Shown here: piece after piece, positions 12,070-23,647 of the stretch
How the letters are laid out: each line of letters begins with the position of its first letter
How positions within the stretch are numbered: position 1 is the first letter of the stretch
Origin: Octopus bimaculoides
Lineage: Eukaryota
Length of the DNA stretch: 38,001 nt
Direction of reading: 5' to 3'
Assembly: GCF_001194135.2 (NCBI RefSeq)
Contig: NC_068999.1
Span: forward strand, 25,265,346 to 25,303,346
Notes under the pieces: model-generated
Database searches by the model: none
What the model was told of the DNA's origin: nothing
The model's input: the letters and a program-made list of their open reading frames with translations, nothing else
Made by a program: the position numbers and the translations under genes

Positions 12070-15000
12070 CTGAAATGAGAAAGAAATGTAGAATTTTTAA
12101 ATTGAGCAATTTATCCGGTGTTAACAATAAACATCTTTAAAATAAATCAATTACAATATTTTAATTACACAAATAAACCAATAAAATGCAGAGTAGCATA
12201 TTTTCAGATTCATTGATGCATCAGTAAATTCCATTAAGATATAATAACACTGTTGATAAGTTGGTAAGATTTAGTAAAATGATCAGAAACATTAAGAGTG
12301 CTACTTCAATTGGCTTTTGAAAAATTAAGCATATTAGAAACAAATTCATCTAAATACTTAATTATTGGTGACTTTTCTGGGAATTCTTGAGCAACTACTC
12401 GTGTATCTTTTTCAGAGACACAACGAAATGCCAACAGTAGATTTGAGTTAAGCCATGACCTATTATTTTTTTTTATCTTCACATTGATTTTTGAGGATTT
12501 TAAAAAACGGAGATACTTTTAACATCTATTTTTTTATTGATAATATTTAATTATTTTTCATCTTCAGACATTTTCAGGAATTGTTAGATAGTGCGAGTTA
12601 GCCCTTCTCCCTAAGAATAACTTTTCAATCCTCATGTTGAAACAATAATTATTTTTTTAGCTCAAATATTGTTGTTGTTTAACTCCAAGTCAACCACGAC
12701 TGAGCTGAGTTATGATCAATGTATTCCATCTATGATCATCCGTCATTTTCTTTTCCGAAATGACAGTATATAAAGAGGAGATTTAGCAGATCTTTTTTAA
12801 AACGGGGGCCACATTTTTCATTAATGTTTTACGAAGTGTTTTTGGTACGGAAAGACTTTCAAACTTCGTATACTTATCTATTTTGTGTTATAGAACAGAA
12901 AAATATTTTTGTATTCGAATTTATTTCATGTAAAAAATTGTCTTATTTCGATAATTTCAACCAATCAGTGACAAGTATTCAGTTGTTTACATTTACTCCT
13001 TTGGCTCATTAAGCGATGTAAAGTGTATTTAATCTCCATACCTTCGTTTTATTTGCTTTTTTCATTTTAAATTTGCTTTAACCCTAACCCTAGGGTTAGG
13101 GTTAATTGTTTCAGAATCGTTTGTTTATGTAGTCGGCACTTAATGTATATCGGCTGAATGGACGTCAGTGATTGGTTGAAATTACAGAAATACGACAACT
13201 TTAACATGGAATAATTTACGGATTTCTTTTTTTTTTAAGAAGACTAAGAGAAAAATATGTTTTATATGACACATTCTACCAGTGTTCCAAGTTTCAAAGT
13301 GTTTCGTTAATGAAAAATGTGGCCCCCGTTTTAAAAAAGATCCGATTTAGCTACTGTTACATGTTACTGAGTAACCATAGGGGACTTTTGTTGACTTATT
13401 CAGCTAAATTGGTTTAAAATATCAACATTTTCTTCGTTGCAATGTCCCACAAGACCTTAATTTTAGGACTTTGTTCCATGAAATAGTGGAAAAACAAAAA
13501 TAATATGCAATTAATTATCGACAAACTTATATTAAAAGAAATAGATATGTTCTTACCATAATGAAACTGTACCCAATCCACATTGTTTGGAAACCAGGAG
13601 GACAATCAGGGATCATGATTGTTTGGCTGTGAACTGCTAGGACCTAATGAAAAAATTTTGAAAAAAAGAAATAATTTTGAAGAAAGACATTACTAGTTCT
13701 AATTATTAGTAACATGTTTTAAAATTGCTTAACAAATTGTATTATTTTAATTAAATTATGTGACAGTGACAATGATGCTTGTATGAAGATGTTCTATGAA
13801 TGAATGGCAGTTGTTAGTTTTGAGCAAATAAATCTATGAACACAGACCAGTCAAATGATCTACTGATCTATTGTTCCAGACATTCTATATATCTTCTTAG
13901 TTGAAGGTCACAATGTGCATGTAGATCTGCCCTGGCTTATCTTAAGTGATGCTGTAAGTAATAGGTCATGTATATATAGTATGTATTCGGACCAGATATC
14001 AAATTTGGGGTTACCAAGACCAAGAACTAAAGATTTGTTACTTCAAATGATAGCATAAGCTACAAAGGCTTGAATTTATGGAAAACAGAATGTTAAACAT
14101 TTTTCAAAAGCACTACCATGGAACACTATAGGATGGAGAAGTCTAGATTATGCAGCTATCACCTGTATACATTGCATATATAGTATGTTTGCCATTATCA
14201 ACCTCCTGATTCTGTGTTAAAATCTGATCATGAGCTAAAAATGTAAATTGAAAGCCAACCTAAAGCACATAATGGTTGTATGAAATAATTGTTCATTTAT
14301 ATTGACATCTTTATATAGTGTTGAGAGCTCTCTCTTATGTTAGGCATAAACTTTGTACTATCACCAATGCTTGTTATATTAATATAACAAAGGGTACTTT
14401 GATCTACAAGAAGGATGAATTTTGATTGGCCAAGAAATAAAAAGACTATTTGCATGATTGCTTCATGGAAGGTAATGGCAGTAGGGCTTATGATTTGAGA
14501 ATTCATGCAACTTAGAGAATGCTCTTTAATTTCCAAACTTTCTTGTTACACTTAATCTTTCCGTATTTGTCCTTTCAAATTACATTGTCTACAAAATAAT
14601 TTTTGCTGATTATATTTAAAATGAGAAAGGAAATAGAAAGTTGTAAAATTCATGCCTGACAGAGATAATATGGCATCAGACGGGATTTGTAAACATGTTA
14701 ACTTTTAGTTTGGCAGATGCAGATTTTATAGTTGTTGTTATAGTAGGAAGAGGAGAAGGAGACTATCTTTGGTGTTGATGGTTCAAATTATGTTGATAAT
14801 ACTTACAGAAAATTCAGAACATCATTTCACTTACCTGTGATGTTGTTTCACAAACTGCACATCTACTAATATAAGATCGAATATCTTCACCTTCTATAGG
14901 TGTCATCATCCTTGTCATAGGTTCAGGTGTTGATAGCCAGTAACTGTAGTCATTACGGGATGCAACAGTGCATCTGTTGTTTAAGTTACAGAACATGAAA

Positions 15001-18000
15001 GGCATTGTATTAAATCTCCTTAAGCAGCTACCAGGCAGACCTGAAACCATGAAACAAATCAATAATTACATTGTCATAAAAAATTGTTTTGAAGAATTCA
15101 TAAAACTTTAAAATATTCATAAAATTGAAATGTTTAATGTTGGAAAACTTGAATAAGAAACATTTTTGTGCATAATATTTCTGTGAATTGTTTGTGATAT
15201 TTTTTTTACTTTCTTGTATGTTGGCATTTATTGAATGAAGATAGTGATTTGCTTATGTTTTTATAACCAAATTTTTTTTTTCAAGCATTGATGCATTTTG
15301 TAGCTAAGCAAATGATTTTGAAAGAAATAATAAGTTGTAGTTTGAAAGAAATATTAAGTTGTTTGGAAAGTTCTGAGCATTTTAAGCCAAATCCAAATGC
15401 TTCATTGAACACACCTGAAACAGAACAGTTAAAACTTTGGCATTGCATAAAGTGATAAGTGCATTTCTTCTTTGTTTCTGTTAAAAATAGATTTATTTTT
15501 CATTCTGGTTACCCTTTATTGACATTTGAAATGGATAACTAAAACTTTCATATTCGTATTGTAATACTTTTGTTTTTCAAACGAGGAGAAAATGCTGCAA
15601 AGATTTGCAAAAACATTTGTGAAGTTTATGGTGATGATGCTGCAGGTGAATCAACTGTTCAAAGGTGGTTTGCAAAATTTAAAGCTGGAGAGTTCAGCTT
15701 GAAAGATGATAGTCAGAGTAGAAGACCTTCAAAATTGGATGAAGATGTTTTGAAGGGAAAAAATCCAAGAAAACTCAAATATCACGACAAGAGAACTTGT
15801 AGAGGAGTTTGAAGTTTCTATAAGTATGGTTCATGAACACCTAGTGAAGCTAGGATACAGTTTTCGCTATAATGTATGGGTCCCTCACAAACTCTCAGAA
15901 AAGAATTGCTTGGACCAGTATTCTGTTTGTGATATGCTTTTGCAATGAAATGAAAGCATGTCTTTTTTGAAACAATTTAGACTGGTAATGAAAAGTGGAT
16001 TGTGTATGAAAACATAGTGCAAAAAAGACCCTGGAGTTTGCATAGGGATCCCCCAAAACAGCAACCAAAGATGACTATCCATGCCAAAAAAGTTGTGCTT
16101 TGTGTTATTAAGGCATTATTTATAATGTGCTTCTCCCACAAAACCAGACCATTAATTCTGATGTGTACTGTCATCAGCTGGCTAATGTGAACCAAAAAAA
16201 ATCAAAGAACTGAGGCCAGAGATTGCCAACAGGAAAGGGGTAGTGTTCCAACAAGACAATGTCCAACCACATGTGGTGGGATCTCTTACCTCATCCAACT
16301 ACCATTTGTTTTTGTCTCTACAGAACTTATTGCAAGGAAAAACAGTTAATGATTTAGATGGAGTCAAAATGCATCTAGATAACTTTTTATCTTCAAAATC
16401 AGTCAAATTTTATGCCAATAGAATATTTGAATTACCTAATAGATGGGCAAAGGTCAGTAATAAAATTTACTGAAAGGTCAATTATTTATATCCCTTTTTG
16501 CATATTAAAAAACACTCAGAACTTTCCAAACAATCTAATATATTACAATATGTGTAAGAGTACAATATAATCTGATACTCTGAAGATGAAAAGTCATAAA
16601 AGCTCTTTTATAATTAAGCAAATCTACTTAATAATTTTTGCAGAATAATAATTAGATATTAAGTAGGCTCAGCTCATGTCTAGTGAGCTCCTAACAAAAT
16701 CCAAATTCACAATCCATTTTTTATTTATATGTGAAACCATTTCATGAAAATTACATAGTTTATTTAGGAGAGTCACTTTGTTTGAGGAAAGTCACATAGT
16801 TTTAGGAGAGTCACTTACTTTTAGGAGAGCCACTTATTTTTAAGAGAGCCACTTATTTTTAGGAGAGCTAGATAGTTTTAGGGCATGTCTTAAATGTAAT
16901 CCAAAAGAGCAGAGAAATGCATCTAAATCTAAATGACAGGAAATGACATTTTTAAATATCATGAAAAAAATATCTGAGTAGATGATTTTATTGATGAAAT
17001 ACTCAATAAACAGAATACTAACTTTAAAGTGAACCATTTCAAAGCTCAAGTCTGAAAACCTCTACAATTCCTGATTTGACTGCTTCCAAATTTGTATAGA
17101 TATACAAACAATTCAACTGAGAGACATAAGTGAATCTGAATGAACAATGAAAATGAATCGACCCAAACTTGATTGTAATCATTAGCCTTGATTGTCAAAC
17201 CAGTATTTTCTCTCCTTGGATTATTACCTCAATTTTATTTCAGAGAAAGGCTAAATAAACTGTAGAAACTATACCAAAGCAGATAATGGAGGCTGGTGCA
17301 GCCCCTGGCCTTATAAGCTCCTGTCAAACCAGCCAACCCATGGCAACGTGGAAAACTTCCCTTTTTATTTTTAGGTGTCTTTTTATATAGTAAGGTGTAA
17401 TTTAGAGAAAATTCAGCTTATCATACATGTCTTTTTCAAAATGAGATCAAAATGTAACAACATATTACTGACCTAAATCTTGTGATGCTGAACGTCCATT
17501 GCCAATTAAGAAAAGAAGAGAGTATCCTTCCCAGAGTTTTGTTGATCTTGCAGGACACTCAGGGACTCCAGTATTCTGGCTGTGTCTACAAAATAAGTCC
17601 AAATTCTCTAAAAATACTGTGTATTTAAAACAATTTCGTTAACAACATATGTGGAGAATTTTGTAAGATCATAGAGTTAACTTGTTTTCCACTGATATTT
17701 CTTTCATTAACCTCAAAGGAATTAAAGACAAAAGAAAACTGAACCAGGATGATTTGAAAATAGAACACTTCAATAAATTGTCCAGTTTATACTTTGATTG
17801 GCTGTACCAAGGAAATAGTTAATTATAAAGAAACATTTAACAATAGAAATATAACAGAGATTATTTAGAACCGACATAGGTAACCGTCTTTCATTATCAG
17901 GTGGGTTACACTACTAAATAAACTCAAGCTAGTGAATTACCTCTATACTATTTGAATTATTACTAAATTTCTGTATTACTTATAAAAACAGCAGATTGTT

Positions 18001-19294
18001 AAAATATGTCATACATCTAGTTTCAATTGACATAGTATGCCAATACATTAAATATGTTGTGCAGAATATGCATATTCCATATATTTGTGATGAAAATAGT
18101 TGATTAAATATTAAGTAAACACTTCTTACTTCATTGTTCTTTCAATCTAATCTGATCTTAAAGTGAATATTAAAATTTAAGAAGTCTGAATTAATGCCAA
18201 GGCTAAACATCAATTTCAATGACTATATATAATGAATACATAGTGAAAAGAATTATTGTTTAGGTATTTGGTGATATAGAAAGTCATTAAAATTCAATCT
18301 AAAATGAAAGCTAAGGGGTACAGAAAAATGTTCACTGTAGGGACATATATGATTTTAGAAATAGAAAAATTCCATGAGACTTTCAGATTTTTCAGTAGAT
18401 GTTCAATCTATCTGTTTGCAACAGCTGTATTGCAAGTCACTAACAGACAAACTTACCTGGCAAATAAAACTCCCAATGCTCCATCATCTGGACCTGGAGG
18501 TCCTTGATCACCAGGGAGACCTTGGCTACCTGGAAGTCCAGTTAAACCTGAAATACCAGGATTACCTAAAAGTCCATCAGCTCCATTCAATCCATCGACA
18601 CCTGGAAGTCCTTTCAAACCTCTGCTTCCTGACAATCCTGGAATACCATCAAGGCCTACATCACCTGGAAAATAATTTGAAAAAAAAAATGATATAGTAA
18701 TTAAATTATAAATAAAAATACAGAAATAACAATAGTTTGAATATATAACATAATTCGATAACCAAAATGCTTGCATTATATAAATAGTGTTAAGCTTGTT
18801 GTGGGGTACATATCAATGACCATGTTTCATTTCTCATTACAAATGTTTTATAGAAGTATGTGCAACAGTTAACAATGTAGATGTTTTCTAGAGAGTCTTA
18901 CATGAGTCAACACAATATGCATAACAGATTGTCATAGAGTAGATGGCAATGTGATAGTTATTACAGCAGGTGCATCCCTTTGCGTTATGAAAGCTAACTC
19001 AGTACACAGCAGTCAATACGAGGGGGTGCTGAAAAATTCCTGGCTTTAAGCATATTGTGAAAGGCCTGGTAGGAGGCCCAACCTTCCAAGTACTTTTACT
19101 GGGCTTAGAAAAACATGGACTGCTGCAATAAGTATGTGAATCTGAGAAGGGAATATGTTGAATAAAATCATGATTAACTGATCTTCCTGCATTTTCTTTA
19201 CCCAAAGCCAGCAACTTTTCAGTAGCTTCATGCAAGATATATTAATTATTAGAAGACTTTTTATCTAGGCAAACTTTCAAGTGCTGCTTTTGTC

Positions 19295-19354
<60 letters not shown>

Positions 19355-19851
19355 CACACACACACANNNNNNNNNNTGTGTGTGTGTGTGTGTGTGTGTA
19401 TACACACACACACACACACACTAGCAGAAATACCCGGCGTTGCCCGGGTTAAAGAGTATAATGAAGTTTTAAAATGCTGTCTAGATTATGCAGGTCTCAA
19501 CTGCTAGTAGCTGAGATACCAACTTTCTACCTTAATAACTTTCCAGCCTATGCCAGCATGGAACATAGACGTTACTTCACAAAGAGTTACCTCCCTTCTC
19601 CAAGTAATTCAGGAATGGGTATTTTCTGCTCCCAGGGGGCCCGTTACTGATTATGTGAAAAAATTTTAAGAGTCTAAAACCATCCCTGGAACATAAATAA
19701 TGTATGTTCCCAGTTTAGAGAAAATCAGTTAAAAAGTACGGCCATCATAATCCTTTACACTCATACACAGCAGGATTTTTGTATTATATAATGGCGGTGC
19801 CCCAGCATGGCCACAGCTCAAGAGCTGAAACAAGATAAAATGAAAAATGAA

Positions 19852-19912
<61 letters not shown>

Positions 19913-21541
19913 TATATCTCTTTATCTCTAGGAATTTATATATTTTAGCATATGTATAAATATATCATGAAATATCTGAAGAAAGATAGAGATATGGAAG
20001 ATAACTTAAAAGATGTGAAGTATTTCATCCTTACCTGGCAATCCTCTAAGGCCAGAATCTCCTCTTGGTCCATCAGAGCCTGGATCCCCTTGAGCACCCT
20101 TTTCAGAGTATGGTGGGAGACCAGGTTCACCAGGTTCACCATTATCACCTGAGTTCCAAAATACAGAAATTGATGTTGAGTCTTAAATTTTACAAATTTC
20201 GTATATTAAATAATTAAGTGACCAAAATATTTATTCATTCTTTGTTTTATTTCATAAAATTTTTAATATCTCTATTTTACAACATTTTACTCCTAAACGC
20301 ATCTTTACCCAACCCCTTGTCTTTACCCTTCTCTTCATCCTTACTCCTCCTCTAGTCTTTACCACTCCTCTCATTTCTCATAACTTTGTCCAGTCCCACA
20401 GGTATAATAAAGTCCTTGTTCTTTTAGGTTTGTTGTATCTTCTGTATTTCTGTTAGCCATTGTGGCTAAATAAAGAAACAATTATTAAACACTGGGGTCA
20501 AAGTAAGTGACTTGCCCTTTCCCCCTAAAATTGCAGGCCTTGTGCCAAAATTAGAAGGTATTATTATAATCATTATAATTATCATTATTAGGATGATTAA
20601 AGGTAGTGAGCTGGTAGAATTGTTAAGACACTAGGCAAAATGCTTAGCAGCATTTCATCTATTTTTTCATTCTGAGTTCAAATTCCACTGAGGTTGACTT
20701 TGCTTTTCATCCTCTCAGAGTTGATAAAATAAATACCAGTTGAACACTGGGGTTGATGTAATCAATTTTCCCTCTCTCCCTAAATTGCTAGCCTTGTACC
20801 AAAATTTGAAACCATTACTATTACTGCTACTACTACAGAGGTATTGTTGGGCTTGGAATATTCAGTTCCATCATTTTCATTTTGAATTCGAATCCTGCCT
20901 GCCAATTTTGTTAACTGAACAGGCTTCTTACCAAAAGCATTCTAATTTTGACCATCCATCATCGTTTTATTTTTTTAATTATAAATGATGCAAAATATTC
21001 TTTTCTGTTTTAAAGATAGTACTATGAGATCTGAAGACAATTTGGCTGCTACATCTTCCAAGTCACTTGACTAGAGGGCCTTTGGACTGTTTATTCCATA
21101 AGTTCTTTAGATAATTAAAGCCATTTATTTCATATATCTGATTGCTTTAAAAAAAAACATGAATTTGTATACCGGATAATCCAGGTAATCCATCTGTTCC
21201 AGGAAGACCAGTCAATCCATTTATTCCTGACTGTCCTTTTAATCCCTCAGGACCAGGGAATCCTGGGCTTCCTTTTGGTCCTGGACGTCCAGGTGATCCA
21301 TCAACACCTGGGTATCCCTATAGAAAGAAGACATATGATAAACCATTTAATCAAAAACAAAATCATAAAATAATGTATAGATTACAGTAATTCCCTTTAT
21401 GTTAAAATACTAACTGTCATATGACAGGTAACTTTGGAAGTACACTTTTGCTGCTTTAGGTAATATCATAAAATATAGCATACATATACTAATTAACTTT
21501 TACAAATTTTCCACTGCAAGATGCTATTTCCAGTGTACATG

Positions 21542-21578
<37 letters not shown>

Positions 21579-23488
21579 GCATACATTGCCCTAAATATTC
21601 TAAGTGTTATTCTGTCATTAAGTAATATGATGTTAATGTATAAAGCCTATTAAAATGGAACTATATAACCCACACAGGTGCAGAGAAATTGAATTAAAAT
21701 GCTGTTCATAGTTACAAGGAAGATACAAGGAAGATTGACCAGCTGCATAAAGTATCATTTATCAGTTATGACTTTGCATTTGCTACAAGCAAAACACCAG
21801 TGCTAGTGCCATGTAAAAAACACTGGTGCTGGTGCACATAAAAAGCACCCAGGACACACTGTAAAATGGCTGGTGTTAAGAAGGGCATCCAGCCATAGAA
21901 GCCATGTCCATAGAGACAATGGAGCCTGATGACTTTATCAACTCCTGGCAAATCATACAACCCATGCCAGCATGAAATACAGACATTAGATGATGATATA
22001 AGAATTTTGTTTAGTCTTTGGACTAGACATATTTGAATGTCTCAGTTTAGCTGCAATGTTACTGGCAATAAATAGGCTTTATATCCCGAGATTATTATTT
22101 AATTTGAAGATTTAAACTAAGAGTATTATTTAGTTTGAGTAAATGCAGTTAATGTAGTTAAAGTTCAAGTGTGACTTGTGATAAAGAAGACAACAAAATT
22201 CCCTTTAAAGTCAATCCTTGGAGAAGGATGGGGATAAAAAAAGTGTTTACTCCCAAGTCAAAGCCTGGAATATATAGTGGGGATGAAACTGGAAAGGGAA
22301 TCATTTAGCTTATTTACATCAAGTACTGTGCCCTTTACTTTTGTCAGCAGTATAGCTGATAGCTGTAAATTAGCATCTGTAGGAAACACATATGAAAGGA
22401 AATTTCTGAAAGTTACTAAAATTAAGAGGAAGGATTGTAGTTTGTATTGGGATATTGGAAAAAGATGTAAAAAGTAAAGGTGATTAAAAGCAGAAAGACA
22501 GGTGTGTCACTTGGGCTTGTGTGGTGGTGGCTGGTAACTAACTTGTTTACAGTTTCTTTGTTAAACAATAAGGCCACATGTAGGAGAGAAAGAAGCAGGG
22601 AGAGAAGGGTAACAGTAAATTTGTGGATTTTAATATGTTGATGAGCAAATAATTGTGAATCAGTTAAATGGACTTCTTTTCAGTACAGTCTAGGATGTTT
22701 TTGTGCAGCAGCACTGTCTCAAGTATGGTAACAATATTCTTTTATAAGGCAAAATGAGCTTTGTAAAGAACTAGCAATTGATTAGAGCTGATGTATTTTC
22801 TGTTCCTGAGAAGGAAAGCTGGTTTTTGGTTTGAGAACATTTTCATAAACAAACACCAAAGTATCAAGCAGTTTGGTATATTTCAGATATGAAGAAATGT
22901 CAAACACAGGAGAATGACTGTGAAACAGCTTAAGACATTGGGTAAAAATACCCTTATAAGATGGAAACAAGTGGCCAGCAAGCTGCTGTGAAAAATCAAA
23001 TTCTTCATGTCTAAAAGGTACCAACCACTCAGTGCTTCAATGTTTGTTTATAAAAATGTTCTCATTCCAAATGTATTATTTAGTCAGGGGCCATTTATGT
23101 CAGAAATAGAGTATTCAGTCAGAATTTGGGAGGTACAGAGTTCAATGCTGGCCTTTTTTTTTTTTTTTCTTCTTATAAAAATATTTTTGCTCCATCTTCA
23201 AAGACATTTTCACAACCACTCTCCTGAGTTTGAAATATCTTCAGATCTAAAAATACCAATCACTCAACATTTCAAAGTTTGTTTAACACTTATGGTATGC
23301 AAATTAGTAGCCCTAATTTCTTGAAGCTACTGAAATTGTTGAGTACATAAACAGAGTGGTAGCTTGTTTTTCTGGGATTCATCAAATTGATGTGATCAGA
23401 ATGCAAGATTTGAAAATCAGTTAAGGTTATTCATTATCTATCTTTTCAGTCAACAGAGAAATAGTTCAATTTGCTCTGTTTATATATC

Positions 23489-23532
<44 letters not shown>

Positions 23533-23535
23533 GTA

Positions 23536-23572
<37 letters not shown>

Positions 23573-23616
23573 GCATACATGTATATATAAATATATGCAA
23601 GTGTTTATATAAATGG

Positions 23617-23647
<31 letters not shown>

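Noticed and set aside
13078-13105. Chromosome end-to-end fusion scar
   Set aside because: The polarity is (CCCTAA)-(TTAGGG), not (TTAGGG)-(CCCTAA). There are only two repeats per side, inside a MITE in an intact intron.
16754-16880. 19-bp repeats as a CRISPR array or iterons
   Set aside because: The units are contiguous with no spacers, and they lie in an intron of a metazoan gene.
19297-19420. Duplicated (TG)n(CA)n hairpin as a biological tandem structure
   Set aside because: The two copies flank a 10-N gap, so the duplication may be an assembly artefact.
20601-20690. tRNA gene
   Set aside because: A box B-like motif is present, but it continues into a SINE body with no cloverleaf, and similar copies occur elsewhere in the window.
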